Source: a virus (lineage: Duplodnaviria > Caudoviricetes). From it: a DNA stretch of 52,179 nucleotides. The notes under the pieces were generated by a model. It ran no database searches. It was not told where the DNA came from and saw nothing but the letters and a program-made list of their open reading frames with translations. The stretch is taken from IMG/VR virus record IMGVR_UViG_3300037721_000093, positions 1-52,179 of that record; one strand, 5' to 3'. Position numbers and translations under genes: made by a program. Shown piece by piece: positions 37,686 through 46,744 of the stretch; the first letter of the stretch is position 1; each line of letters opens with the position of its first letter.

Positions 37686-38009
37686 TTAGCTGCTCGCGAG
37701 CTCGCGCTTCAGCTCCTGCGCCGGGGCGAGCTTTGGCGGAACGCACTGGCCAAACTGCTCGCCGATCTTCTGGATCTCTTCCAGCGTGACGCCGAGCTCG
37801 AGCAGCGCCGCGACGGGATCGATCTTCCGCCCGATAGTATCTTGCACGAAACTCTTCGCGGCGGCGACGTCATCGAAGTACGGCTCGACGACGGCAACCT
37901 TGCAGGCGAACGCGCGCGCAGCGCGCTCCGCGGATTCGAGCTTCTTCTCGGCGCCGGCGCAACCGACGGCCAGAACGGCGGAAAAGATGATCAGGGATAG
38001 CTTTTTCAC
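37686..38009 (-). CDS. Lipoprotein
   Basis: MKKLSLIIFSAVLAVGC lipobox; GGAGG SD. Confidence 0.7.
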   Translation of the reverse strand: MKKLSLIIFSAVLAVGCAGAEKKLESAERAARAFACKVAVVEPYFDDVAAAKSFVQDTIGRKIDPVAALLELGVTLEEIQKIGEQFGQCVPPKLAPAQELKRELASS

Positions 38010-38017
38010 GGTCCTCC

Positions 38018-38064
38018 AAAAAAGTTGGGCGCGAACTGACGTGCAGGGGTGTCAGTCCGCGCCC
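38018..38064 (-). terminator. Terminator-like hairpin after the major capsid gene
   Basis: 14-bp stem 38027-40/38051-64 with one G-U pair, followed by AAC and six U. Confidence 0.6.
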
Positions 38065-38111
38065 GGCGGCCCGCCATCAGCGGGCCGCGCGCGCCGAAGC
38101 GCGGTCTAAGA

Positions 38112-39098
38112 TCAGGCGCCGACTTCTTCGGTCAGCAGCGTCTCGCGGCCGTCCGGAGTCGTTCCGGTGGCGTGGTAAGCAAGGAAGAACGGGCCATAGC
38201 CGCAAGCGCCCCGGGCGTCAGCGCCCCAGACGAACTCGTCGAGCCAAAACACGTTGTCGTCCGTGACCGCCGTCTTGCTGACGAGATCAGGCTGTTTGCG
38301 TTGCTGCATGATCAGCGCCTTGACGCCCGCGGACACGTCGAAGGCATACCAACCTGCCGTCGAAGGCAGCTCGGGAATGCAGATCCAGTTCGCTTCGCCC
38401 TTCAAGATGTTGTCTTCGCCGCCCGCGACAAGCGAGCGCCCAAACATCATCTTCAACGCGCGCTCGTAACCGCCAGCCGCGGGCGCGACAATCAAGGTCG
38501 GATTGACGCCGAGATGACGGCCGTCTTCGCCCTTGTAATTCCGCATCCGCTCTTTGACGGTGTTCCAGCCCGCGGGCGTCAGCTCTTCAGAGCCCTTGTT
38601 CGCGATGACGCCGCCGCCGAGATTGTGATTCGTCGCGTGAAAGAAGTCGATCCCGTCAAAGGCCAGGCCTTGCGCCGGAGCACTGGAGTCAACCAACGCA
38701 GCGGCGGCCGAGAGCGTCGCCGAGTCTCCGGCGAGCAGCGCTTGCAGGAAGAGCTGGTTCCACAGATACCCGGCGGCTCGCCCGAGCTCTTCCGAGCGCA
38801 GGTTGAAGATTCCGAGCTGATCGTCTTCGATGTCGTCGCGCGCAACGGCTAACGAAACTTCGAACTTGCGATTCGCGAGCGAGGCGGACTTGGTGCTCAT
38901 GTTTTGCAGGACGCGCGGGCCGAACCACTCACGCATCTTGTTGAGGCGCGTCATCCACCCATAGGTGTTGATCGCGGTCGAGCTCGGCACGGTCGAGCAA
39001 ACCTGGTTCCAATACTGGGGAGTATCGCGCCAAGCCTTGCGGTAGATCGTGCTGAAGCCGACCTGAAGATTCTGGATCAGAGGGACAGTGATTTGCAT
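38112..39098 (-). CDS. Major capsid protein (Mu gpT-like)
   Basis: VPSST..NTYGW.....MREW.GPR, N.KFE....V.RDDIEDD.LG, DG..FF...H, FVWG.DAR...GYG. Confidence 0.92.
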   Translation of the reverse strand: MQITVPLIQNLQVGFSTIYRKAWRDTPQYWNQVCSTVPSSTAINTYGWMTRLNKMREWFGPRVLQNMSTKSASLANRKFEVSLAVARDDIEDDQLGIFNLRSEELGRAAGYLWNQLFLQALLAGDSATLSAAAALVDSSAPAQGLAFDGIDFFHATNHNLGGGVIANKGSEELTPAGWNTVKERMRNYKGEDGRHLGVNPTLIVAPAAGGYERALKMMFGRSLVAGGEDNILKGEANWICIPELPSTAGWYAFDVSAGVKALIMQQRKQPDLVSKTAVTDDNVFWLDEFVWGADARGACGYGPFFLAYHATGTTPDGRETLLTEEVGA

Positions 39099-39125
39099 GA
39101 TAGCTTCTCGAATTTCCTAGACCGC

Positions 39126-39620
39126 TTACGCGCCGGTCGGGCCAGTGGGTCCGGTCGGACCGGTTGCGCCGGTCGGGCCGAGCGCGCCGGAGGGCAGGGG
39201 CCACATCGTGAAAACGTGGACGCCGTATGAGTCGACGTCTTCGATGCGCCCGGCGACTGTATTCGCGCCGGTTGCGCCGCTGATGCCGACCGTCTGGTCG
39301 TCGACGACATAGGCGTTTTGGCCGCGGTGCGCGACCGTGATAGCCTCGTACGTGCCGCCGCTCACCCAGATGAAGGCGCCCGACTTGACTTTGACGCGCC
39401 GAGTGTTGCTCGTGCCGGTCAGAACATTCTCTTCGCAGCGCCCGACGACCTGGATCGTCAAGTCGCCGGCGGTCGCGCCCATCAGCTTGCCGTCGTCAAG
39501 ATCGACGCCGACCAACTGTCCCTTGTAGAACTGCGTCGAGTCCTTCGCCAGGATGTGATGATACTGCGCGGCCGGGTGCGCGCGCTCTTTAGTGTCCCGG
39601 TTGTCGCTGAGGAATGCCAT
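39126..39620 (-). CDS. Capsid decoration/cement protein with C-terminal collagen-like tail
   Basis: FYKG.LV, G...Y.VDDQTV, AGRI.DVD..GV.V; ends [17 protein letters not shown]. Confidence 0.8.
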   Translation of the reverse strand: MAFLSDNRDTKERAHPAAQYHHILAKDSTQFYKGQLVGVDLDDGKLMGATAGDLTIQVVGRCEENVLTGTSNTRRVKVKSGAFIWVSGGTYEAITVAHRGQNAYVVDDQTVGISGATGANTVAGRIEDVDSYGVHVFTMWPLPSGALGPTGATGPTGPTGPTGA

Positions 39621-40831
39621 TATTCGTCGCTCCCGGCGCGCGCGTTGCGGCGGCGCTCTGCTGCGCGCTTCTGCTCTTCGGCGCGCTCTTTCTTGAATTC
39701 TTCGGCCGTGATGCCGAGTTGCTCGCAAACTTTGAGCTCTTCGGCGGTCAGCTCAGCCGCGGGCGCCGCTGCGGGCGCGATCACGGGAGCCGAAACAGCG
39801 GCGGATACGGCCGGCGCATCCGCCGCGTAGGCCTCCAGAACTTCTTTGCTCTGCTTCAGGGCCCAACTGCGGAGCGAAGGCGGGAGCTTGCCCGCTCGCT
39901 GGAGTTCGTCGACGCGCGCGGCGTGCGTCTCGGCATTGCGCGCGCTCGTGAGCACCGCGACCTGCGCACTGACGGCGGCGAGCTGCGTTGCGGTTTCCTT
40001 TGACGCTTCGAGTGCGCGATCGCGCTCGCTCGTCAGCGCCGCGACCTGATCGCGGAGCGCCTGTGCTTCAGTTTCGTTCATCTTTGATGCTCCGTTCGAC
40101 CGAATATGGTCGACCATTCCGTGTGCTTTGGCGGTCTCGGCGAGAAAAGACTTCCCGCCGCCGTAGTTCTTCCGGACTTTTTCGGACGTCACACCGCGGC
40201 CCGTCGCGATCGCAGCCACGAAGAGATCGCTCGTCTCGTCGAGATACTCTCGGACCGTCGCTTTGCCCTCTTCGGTGCGGACGTCCGGGCGCTTGTGCGG
40301 CGCATCGGTGGACGTGATGTCGACGACGCGATCCGACAGATAAAAACTTGCTGCGACGCCGATGCTTCCGAACGCGCTCGAGACGCCGCGGGCCTCAATG
40401 CGTCCCGTCGCCGCAGCAATTGCATAGGCCGCGCTCTGGGCGGCTTCACACACGGCGAGCATTTTCTTGCCCGACGCGCGCGCCGCCTTGATCGAATCAA
40501 GGCAGCCGAACAGCCCAGCGACAGACCCGCCGCCAGAATTCACGTGCAGCTCGATCGTCTGAACGCGCGGATCTTTGACGGCGGCGGCCAGCGCGGCTTC
40601 GATGTCCGAGTAGGTCGTGTTGCCGTCGCCAAACAGCTCGGCGAAGAAGTCCGGCTTTTCTGTCAGGACGCCTTCAACGTCAATCCGAGCCGTCGAGCCA
40701 GCAACAGAAAGCGGGCTCGGCCGCCCGCGGCCGGCGTAGCTCGCCGCCTTCAAGAGAATCTCGGGCGCAGCATTCCGACGTGCGTCAATCAAGCGCGACG
40801 CGATCTCTTCGCTGCAAAGCCATCCGCTCAT
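39620..40831 (-). CDS. S49-family prohead protease fused to a Mu-type scaffold domain
   Basis: NSGGGSV.G, SAAYAIA, GSIGV, F..AIA.GRG; C-terminal GKLPP..RSWA, LTAEEL.VC.QLGIT.EEF. Confidence 0.88.
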   Translation of the reverse strand: MSGWLCSEEIASRLIDARRNAAPEILLKAASYAGRGRPSPLSVAGSTARIDVEGVLTEKPDFFAELFGDGNTTYSDIEAALAAAVKDPRVQTIELHVNSGGGSVAGLFGCLDSIKAARASGKKMLAVCEAAQSAAYAIAAATGRIEARGVSSAFGSIGVAASFYLSDRVVDITSTDAPHKRPDVRTEEGKATVREYLDETSDLFVAAIATGRGVTSEKVRKNYGGGKSFLAETAKAHGMVDHIRSNGASKMNETEAQALRDQVAALTSERDRALEASKETATQLAAVSAQVAVLTSARNAETHAARVDELQRAGKLPPSLRSWALKQSKEVLEAYAADAPAVSAAVSAPVIAPAAAPAAELTAEELKVCEQLGITAEEFKKERAEEQKRAAERRRNARAGSDE

Positions 40832-41016
40832 CGCGCGCTGCCTCGAGGGCGGCCGGGACCGCGCCGAACCTGAACGCCGAGCACCGCTTCAAGCGGGCTC
40901 GGTTCGTTCGCGGCGGGCTCGGGCGCGCGCGCGGTCGGCTCTTCCGTCGCCGACGTCTTCTCGACCGGACGCGCGCCCGATGCTCGCTGCGCCGACAGGC
41001 ACAACGGATAGGTCAT
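40828..41016 (-). CDS. Small protein with AT-hook-like RRGPGRPR tail
   Basis: ATGA overlap with the protease gene; start uncertain. Confidence 0.45.
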   Translation of the reverse strand: MTYPLCLSAQRASGARPVEKTSATEEPTARAPEPAANEPSPLEAVLGVQVRRGPGRPRGSAR

Positions 41017-41080
41017 TCTACCGACGAACGGCATACTCAGCGCACATTAGCATACACGGGCCGACATGCAAGCCGGTCAA

Positions 41081-41617
41081 TCATTCTGACCCAGCGGCCG
41101 AGAAGTTAGAGTTGACGAGTCTGTACGTTCGGGCGCGGGCGTACTGAACGAGCTCGACGTCGGAGATCTCGAGGCCCCATTTCTTGCCCTGACGCTTGAT
41201 CCGAGTTGTCGCCAGCTTGACGACCGACCCGTCGAAGACCGCCTTCGACGGCAAATCGCGCACGAGCGCGCCGAGTTCGCCGGACGCGACGTCCTGGATG
41301 TTATTCCCGGGCTCAAAGACATTCAGGAAGTAGCGGCGCGCGTCGCTGACGCAATAGCTGATTTTCAGCTGCAGCAAAACAGTCTCGCCGCCCGCCGTCG
41401 TCAGCGATTGCGGATCGCATATACACGCGCTCGAGCGCCCGTCGACAATCTCGGCGACCTGGATCCCGAAGGGCCAATGAAACGTCAGCCCTGTTTTCAT
41501 ATCTTTTGAGGGCTTGCCGAGCGTCCGAATGAAACCGAGCTCTTCGGCGTTCAAAACCGCCCAGAATTTGAAAAACTTGGCGAAATCAACGAAGAGTCCA
41601 ATAAGGCGGTCGATCAT
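41081..41617 (-). CDS. SPFH/Band 7 domain protein
   Basis: E.G....LGK....GL.F.WPFGI, QSLTT, WGLEI.DV. Confidence 0.8.
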   Translation of the reverse strand: MIDRLIGLFVDFAKFFKFWAVLNAEELGFIRTLGKPSKDMKTGLTFHWPFGIQVAEIVDGRSSACICDPQSLTTAGGETVLLQLKISYCVSDARRYFLNVFEPGNNIQDVASGELGALVRDLPSKAVFDGSVVKLATTRIKRQGKKWGLEISDVELVQYARARTYRLVNSNFSAAGSE

Positions 41618-41814
41618 CGTTCCGCCTTTTGATCATCGAACGTAACGCATGCGCTCGCGCCGAGCCGCCGGCTGCGTCGGTAGTCTTCATCGAGCGCGCG
41701 GTCGCGCGAATACTCGGCGCAGAGCTGCACGCTCGACGGCGCGAAGGCCGGGACATGTGCGGCGCAGCCTGTCAGCAAAAACCAGAGACCGAAAACAATC
41801 GCGCAAAAAATCAC
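41614..41814 (-). CDS. Small putative lipoprotein/membrane protein
   Basis: Hydrophobic stretch ending LLTGC; start codon uncertain. Confidence 0.45.
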   Translation of the reverse strand: MIFCAIVFGLWFLLTGCAAHVPAFAPSSVQLCAEYSRDRALDEDYRRSRRLGASACVTFDDQKAER

Positions 41815-41872
41815 TTGGAAGAGAACAGATTTCCAAGTGACTGCGTCGCCCGCGGCAAACGCCGCAACATGA

Positions 41873-43237
41873 TCACTTCTTCGCCGGCCCGGGCTTTTTT
41901 TTCGTCTTTCCTGCTGCATTCCCTGCTCCTGCTGTTGCACCCGCTGCCTTCGCTTCAGCGCCGATCTTCGCTTGCTGCACGGCGAGCGGCTCGCCTTCTT
42001 CAAGTTCGAGTCCGAGGTCGCTCGCGACCGATTCCAGGTTTTTGACCTTGAATCCCGCTTCGCCGAGCGTCTTCAGCATGTTCGCGAATTGGAGTCTCGA
42101 GTTCTCCCAGACGCGGATCTCTTCTTCCGGAGCGACGTCCCAATAAGGGATCGGAACCGGGACTTCGCCGTAATTCAGGCCGAAGTACGGCGCGAGCAGC
42201 TGCGTCCGCAGGCAATGCGCGAGCTTGCGCGCGTCAGCTCGGGCCTTCTTCGGCAGCGCGCTGCCCTGCGTCTCGGCGGTCGCTCGGTTGCCGGCGCTGC
42301 CGACGGCTTCCGTCTGAGCGTTGCCGCCGAGGCACAAGATCTGGATCTTGCGGTCGGAGCGCTCGAGCTTCGCCTTGAAGGTTTCCCATGAAACCGTCTT
42401 GGGCTCGATCAGCTCCAACCCGTAACCGAAACCGTTTTCGTCCTGCGGCAGGCCAATCACGCCTTCGCTCTGGAGCTCGACGAGGTCTTCGATGAAGTTC
42501 GATTTCTCCTGCTCGTCGCGGTAGATCGGCATCTTCGCGCCCAGGATCGGGAGCCCGTGCTTCTGACAATACCTCTCCCAGTCGCCGAGTGTCAGCGCCT
42601 TCCCGAGCCAGAGCAGCGACAGCGGGCGCACGAGCCCTTTGAGCCAGCCGCGCTCGCCGCGCGTCAAAAGAACCCATTTCCCATCGCCCGGGGTAACGGT
42701 CAGCTGTCCCTCCTGAGCCTGGTACGTCCAGCGCTTGCCGCGCTCGGCGTGCGGATCGTATCGGAGATACTCGATCGGCAGCGCGCGGAGCCGCGGCTTC
42801 CAGCGGGCCGGATCGGACGTGTCCCAGTCGATCGTTCCGACGGCAACACCTTGGATCAGAAAATCAGCGAGCAGGTCGGCGAGCTCATCATCTGGCGCGA
42901 TGTCCGGCCAGCATTCTTCGAGCTCGCGCTCTCTGGGCTTCAGCTTCTCCCGGTCGTCGGGCGGCTTGATCGCGAACTCGCTGGCAAGCGTCGCGTCGAC
43001 TCTCGTGTCAATCGCGCCCGGGATCTCGTCATCTTCGAGCAGGGATTCAAACAACTGGCCGACGGGCGCGAACTCGCCGAGCCGATGTTGGAGCAGCGCC
43101 GAGCGAATTGACCTAATAGTCCAGGTCGGGCGAGGCGTCGTAGGCCACGGATTCACTATCCGCCGCAGGGCCGATACCGGGACTAGGCGCCCCGTCGTCG
43201 CGGGATACGTCGCCAGAGCCGTCGGCATTTCGCGCAC
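41873..43237 (-). CDS. Portal protein (Mu gp29/DUF935-like)
   Basis: GL.RPL...WL.K.....W..YC.K.GLP, I....LG...T, G.RA.AE. Confidence 0.88.
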   Translation of the reverse strand: MREMPTALATYPATTGRLVPVSALRRIVNPWPTTPRPTWTIRSIRSALLQHRLGEFAPVGQLFESLLEDDEIPGAIDTRVDATLASEFAIKPPDDREKLKPRERELEECWPDIAPDDELADLLADFLIQGVAVGTIDWDTSDPARWKPRLRALPIEYLRYDPHAERGKRWTYQAQEGQLTVTPGDGKWVLLTRGERGWLKGLVRPLSLLWLGKALTLGDWERYCQKHGLPILGAKMPIYRDEQEKSNFIEDLVELQSEGVIGLPQDENGFGYGLELIEPKTVSWETFKAKLERSDRKIQILCLGGNAQTEAVGSAGNRATAETQGSALPKKARADARKLAHCLRTQLLAPYFGLNYGEVPVPIPYWDVAPEEEIRVWENSRLQFANMLKTLGEAGFKVKNLESVASDLGLELEEGEPLAVQQAKIGAEAKAAGATAGAGNAAGKTKKKPGPAKK

Positions 43238-43451
43238 CCGGCAAGCTTAGCGCACCTTCGTCCACCTGGCCAGCAGATCGGGCCAGGCTGAGCACGTCTA
43301 CCCACATTTGGCCACATGGGCGGCACGCCCACTGCTGCGGGCGCTCCGGATCGTCCGGATAAAAAACGACTTCTGAGCCGCAATGATATCGCTTGCGGCA
43401 GATCGGACACTTGAAACGCTCAGCCGACCGGTAAATGCCTCTCAGTCGCAC
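43113..43451 (-). CDS. Zn-finger hypothetical protein
   Basis: CPIC...CRPC; overlaps the portal start, so boundaries are uncertain. Confidence 0.45.
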   Translation of the reverse strand: MRLRGIYRSAERFKCPICRKRYHCGSEVVFYPDDPERPQQWACRPCGQMWVDVLSLARSAGQVDEGALSLPGARNADGSGDVSRDDGAPSPGIGPAADSESVAYDASPDLDY

Positions 43452-44146
43452 GTTACCTCAAAAAGCCGCTCAGTACGGGTGGCGCGTCGCGCGCGCGTCA
43501 AAGCGACATCGCAATTCTGCGCCGCGGACCAAATCTCAGTCCCGATGGGACATGTATACTCGGAGATTAAGACGCGCGAGCCTGCTTCGCTCCACTCCTT
43601 AGCGCGCTGATAGAAAGCCGCCGAGTCAAAACGAGGGATGGCGAGGTAAGGCGTTGTTCCCGCGTAGGGCGGATCAAGGTAGAGCAAAAATCCGCTTTGA
43701 GGCGCGACGTCAAAAAAAGAGCCTTCGCCGAAAATGTGCCCGGCCGCCAGCACGCGCGGCACGTCCCTAAGAAGAGCTCGACGTGCAGCGGCCGCGTAGT
43801 AACTGCAGTGATGCGGTGCATCGCGCGCATAACCAGCAAACCATTTCCCACCGAAGCTCACGCCGAATCCGCAGAAGGCTTTCATTGGATCCGAATCAGG
43901 CAAAACTTTCGCTCCGCGCCAAGTCTCTTCCGAGACGTCGCTCGGCGGATCCCAGCCGTCGCCGACGGCGCGATAGAGGGACATCAGCGGCGAGCAGAGA
44001 TCAGAAAGAACGCCCGGGCCGGGAACGCGCACTGAAACTGCTAGCGAGCCGCAGAACGGTTCCCAGTAGAGTAAATCTCCGCGCCGCGCCGCGATTGACG
44101 CGGCGACCTTCTTACTGAGCTTCGATTTCCCGCCGAGATACTGCAT
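43442..44146 (-). CDS. D12-class DNA adenine methyltransferase
   Basis: YLGGKSK, EPFCGS, YLDPPY, ISEY, ERLF. Confidence 0.9.
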   Translation of the reverse strand: MQYLGGKSKLSKKVAASIAARRGDLLYWEPFCGSLAVSVRVPGPGVLSDLCSPLMSLYRAVGDGWDPPSDVSEETWRGAKVLPDSDPMKAFCGFGVSFGGKWFAGYARDAPHHCSYYAAAARRALLRDVPRVLAAGHIFGEGSFFDVAPQSGFLLYLDPPYAGTTPYLAIPRFDSAAFYQRAKEWSEAGSRVLISEYTCPIGTEIWSAAQNCDVALTRARRATRTERLFEVTCD

Positions 44147-44148
44147 CG

Positions 44149-45621
44149 TCAATCTTCTCCGCGGCCGCGGATCGTGGCCCCGTATCGTCGCGCCATCGCG
44201 AGCAGGCGATCCCGGTCGTCGCCCATCTTGGCGCCTTTGATGAAATTGTGAGCAAGGGCCGCGAGCGCGTCAACGATATCGTCGTGCGCGTCGCCTTCAC
44301 CGGTGAAGGCTGCCGTCTCTTTCAGGAATGGCTCCAGCCAGCGCGGCGGCTCGATCGTCCCGTCCGGGCGCTTCCCGCTCGGCACGAGACATCGAAAGTT
44401 CGGGGCGTTCCAAAGCTGCTCGGCGACCGGCACGGCGCGCGCATACTTGTTCCCGAGCGCCTGTGCGGCGACGAACCTGAAGCTCGGAAGGTGCTCGCGC
44501 ACGAGCGACGCGGTTCCTTCTTCCGCCGGCGCGCCCATGAAGATCACAGGCCCGGGCTCGAGTAAGACTTGCGTCCGCATGAGCGAATTGAACTTCGGCG
44601 CCTGCCATTGATGGCGCCACATTTTCGTAATGTACAGAGCTTGGGACTCGAAGTACCAGCGGCCTTGGAGCAACACCGACCAGTCGGCGCGGTTCGTGTC
44701 CTTGTAAGCCAAGTCGCAGCCGTAGCCGACGCGGAACGGTCCGGTCGGGAGCTCGTCATAGAACGTCGGCGGCTCGAAGAGCGCGTCGCCTTCAGCTCGC
44801 GGGTTGCCCTGCCAGAGCGATTCGAAGGCGTTGATCCCGTAGAGCTCGCGCTTTCGGAGCAGCACGGCCGCGGGATGCAGGAACGGCGCGAGCGCCTCGC
44901 CGCGCTGCCGTCCGATCGGATCGTCGTCGGAATCACAGATCGCTGCGAGCCGAATGTAGGGCCAGCCGAGGATATTCACGGCGCGCGCCGTCAAGTCGTC
45001 CTGGTGCCAGCGCGCCATCATCAGGACCGAGCTCGAGCCCGGATGCCGGCGCGACTCCGCTACCTTGATGAGCCAGTTCCAGCGGCGCTCGCGAATGACC
45101 GGCGACGCAGCTTCGACTTCGTCTTTGATCGGGTCGTCGATGATGTGGAGGGAACCTTTAACGAGCGGATAGCCCGTCAACTGGCCCGTGCCGGCGCCGC
45201 TCGCGCGGATCGTCGTGCCGCCTTCGAGCCTCAGGAATCCCTCGTGCGATCTCGGATTGAGGCCGGCGAGTGTCGCGAGCTCTTTGATCTCCGAGACGAT
45301 CTCTTCCGCGCGCGTCGCGCTGAACGCCGAGTAAGCGTGCTTCTTCCCGGGCCGCACGAGCGCGGCGAAGATGAAGGCGTGCTTCGCGACTTCGGTCTTC
45401 GAATGCTGAGGCGGGCCGTGAAAGCACAGGTCAACGCCGCCCTCTAGGATGGCACGCTCGAGCGCGCGGATATACGGGTCGAGCCAGACCGGCGGCTTCA
45501 GGTGCGGGCTCAGCCAGGCGATAACGTCGTAGATCGACTTCGGCGGCTCGCGCTTGACCTGCTCTTCCGTCGCTTCGGCGTGATGCCGATCGAGAACTTT
45601 GCCGAGATTAGAGCGCGTCAA
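44149..45621 (-). CDS. terL: Terminase large subunit
   Basis: PPQHSKT, LTG, IIDDPIK, RWHQDDL, WQGNP, HDD.VDAL. Confidence 0.92.
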   Translation of the reverse strand: MTRSNLGKVLDRHHAEATEEQVKREPPKSIYDVIAWLSPHLKPPVWLDPYIRALERAILEGGVDLCFHGPPQHSKTEVAKHAFIFAALVRPGKKHAYSAFSATRAEEIVSEIKELATLAGLNPRSHEGFLRLEGGTTIRASGAGTGQLTGYPLVKGSLHIIDDPIKDEVEAASPVIRERRWNWLIKVAESRRHPGSSSVLMMARWHQDDLTARAVNILGWPYIRLAAICDSDDDPIGRQRGEALAPFLHPAAVLLRKRELYGINAFESLWQGNPRAEGDALFEPPTFYDELPTGPFRVGYGCDLAYKDTNRADWSVLLQGRWYFESQALYITKMWRHQWQAPKFNSLMRTQVLLEPGPVIFMGAPAEEGTASLVREHLPSFRFVAAQALGNKYARAVPVAEQLWNAPNFRCLVPSGKRPDGTIEPPRWLEPFLKETAAFTGEGDAHDDIVDALAALAHNFIKGAKMGDDRDRLLAMARRYGATIRGRGED

Positions 45622-45622
45622 G

Positions 45623-45850
45623 CTATTCGGTCGCCTTCAACGCGCGCGCGGCGCGCTCCCTGAGCTTGGCGATCGCCGCCTCTGGTGTCGGGCCTGCCGC
45701 CGAAATGCCCGGAGCGATCGCGAGCCAGGCTTTCGGCCCTCCCATCGCGCCATCGAACGGCGCCTGAATACAACGCGCGCCGTTTCGGGTAAAATGTCGC
45801 TCGCGCCCGCGGCCGACGGGCGTCCAGCCAGCTAGGATCGGGACGCTCAT
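45623..45850 (-). CDS. Hypothetical protein
   Basis: ATGA overlap; GPTPEAAI motif. Confidence 0.5.
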   Translation of the reverse strand: MSVPILAGWTPVGRGRERHFTRNGARCIQAPFDGAMGGPKAWLAIAPGISAAGPTPEAAIAKLRERAARALKATE

Positions 45851-46014
45851 TCGCCCGCCCCTTGCCGAGACTTGCGCTCGTGCGCGCGAGCCAACCTTTT
45901 CAAATGCTTCTCGGTCTCTGAATCTGACTCTTCATCGGGGATAGCATCCAAGTATCTATCGATCAAAAGCGACGCGATGCGATGAGCCTCGCGGCATTTT
46001 GCGCTGCGCTTCAT
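45847..46014 (-). CDS. Small hypothetical protein
   Basis: MKRSAKC...; ATGA overlaps on both sides. Confidence 0.5.
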   Translation of the reverse strand: MKRSAKCREAHRIASLLIDRYLDAIPDEESDSETEKHLKRLARAHERKSRQGAGE

Positions 46015-46508
46015 GAGTGCCGCCGGAAGACGTCGAAGACGATCGCCATCGCCTGCTCGCCCGTCATTGGGCCTTTCAGGCGCTTCCGAAGCTCGGTCAA
46101 TGCATCGCTGAACTGCGCTGCGAGATTGACGTTCGACCGCTTGCGCCAGCCCTCCCTTGTGCTCTGCAGGATCGCGAGCGCCGCCTTCGCGACGTCGAGC
46201 CCCTTGCCGCCCGTCCGCACGGATTGAATCAGCTTCCGCTCGGCTTGCGCGAGTGCCTGATTGACGAGCACCCGGGTCGTCGGGTCGCGCAACATTTCGC
46301 CGGCCAGGTCTTCCGGATCGACGGCCGCGAGCCAGCACGCGGTCTCGGCCGGCACGTCATCGCGCTTGATCGCCTTCAAGATCGTGCCGAGCTTCATCTT
46401 CCGGGCGTGTTCGCCCAGGTACGTCAAATCTCGCGGGCGGTCGATTTGCGGGACGATCTCGACGTCTTCAATGACGCCGAGCGCGACCGCGGGTTTTTCG
46501 TCGGACAT
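46011..46508 (-). CDS. Probable terminase small subunit
   Basis: First gene of the late operon; helical; A.A.AE, AA..IL.....GW. Confidence 0.55.
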   Translation of the reverse strand: MSDEKPAVALGVIEDVEIVPQIDRPRDLTYLGEHARKMKLGTILKAIKRDDVPAETACWLAAVDPEDLAGEMLRDPTTRVLVNQALAQAERKLIQSVRTGGKGLDVAKAALAILQSTREGWRKRSNVNLAAQFSDALTELRKRLKGPMTGEQAMAIVFDVFRRHS

Positions 46509-46516
46509 GTTTGGGA

Positions 46517-46548
46517 AGCTTGACGCGCGCGATGGGTAGAGTCAAGCT
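46517..46548. promoter_or_regulatory. Symmetric bidirectional promoter
   Basis: AGCTTGAC-N16-GTCAAGCT; gives TTGACN-N17-CAAGCT on both strands. Confidence 0.55.
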
Positions 46549-46554
46549 AGCGAC

Positions 46555-46743
46555 ATGCAGGAAAAAAAGCCGTCGAAAGACAAGGTTCGCTGGCATCTTC
46601 ACGAAATCCAGCAAGATGTTGACTGCGCGGGTGATTCTTTACGTCAGCTCCCGAAAACGCCCGGCCGCGATCGCGTCGAGCGCGGATTGCAAGAGGTCCG
46701 GGAAGGTCTCGGCGAGATCAAGCGCGAAGCGGACCTGAAGTAA
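46555..46743 (+). CDS. Small hypothetical protein
   Basis: ATG 6 nt after the rightward -10 candidate. Confidence 0.55.
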   Translation: MQEKKPSKDKVRWHLHEIQQDVDCAGDSLRQLPKTPGRDRVERGLQEVREGLGEIKREADLK

Positions 46744-46744
46744 A

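Noticed and set aside
38044-38052. CAGGGGTG as a fifth regulon site
   Set aside because: Only a partial half-site inside a terminator loop, with no AATGC or -10
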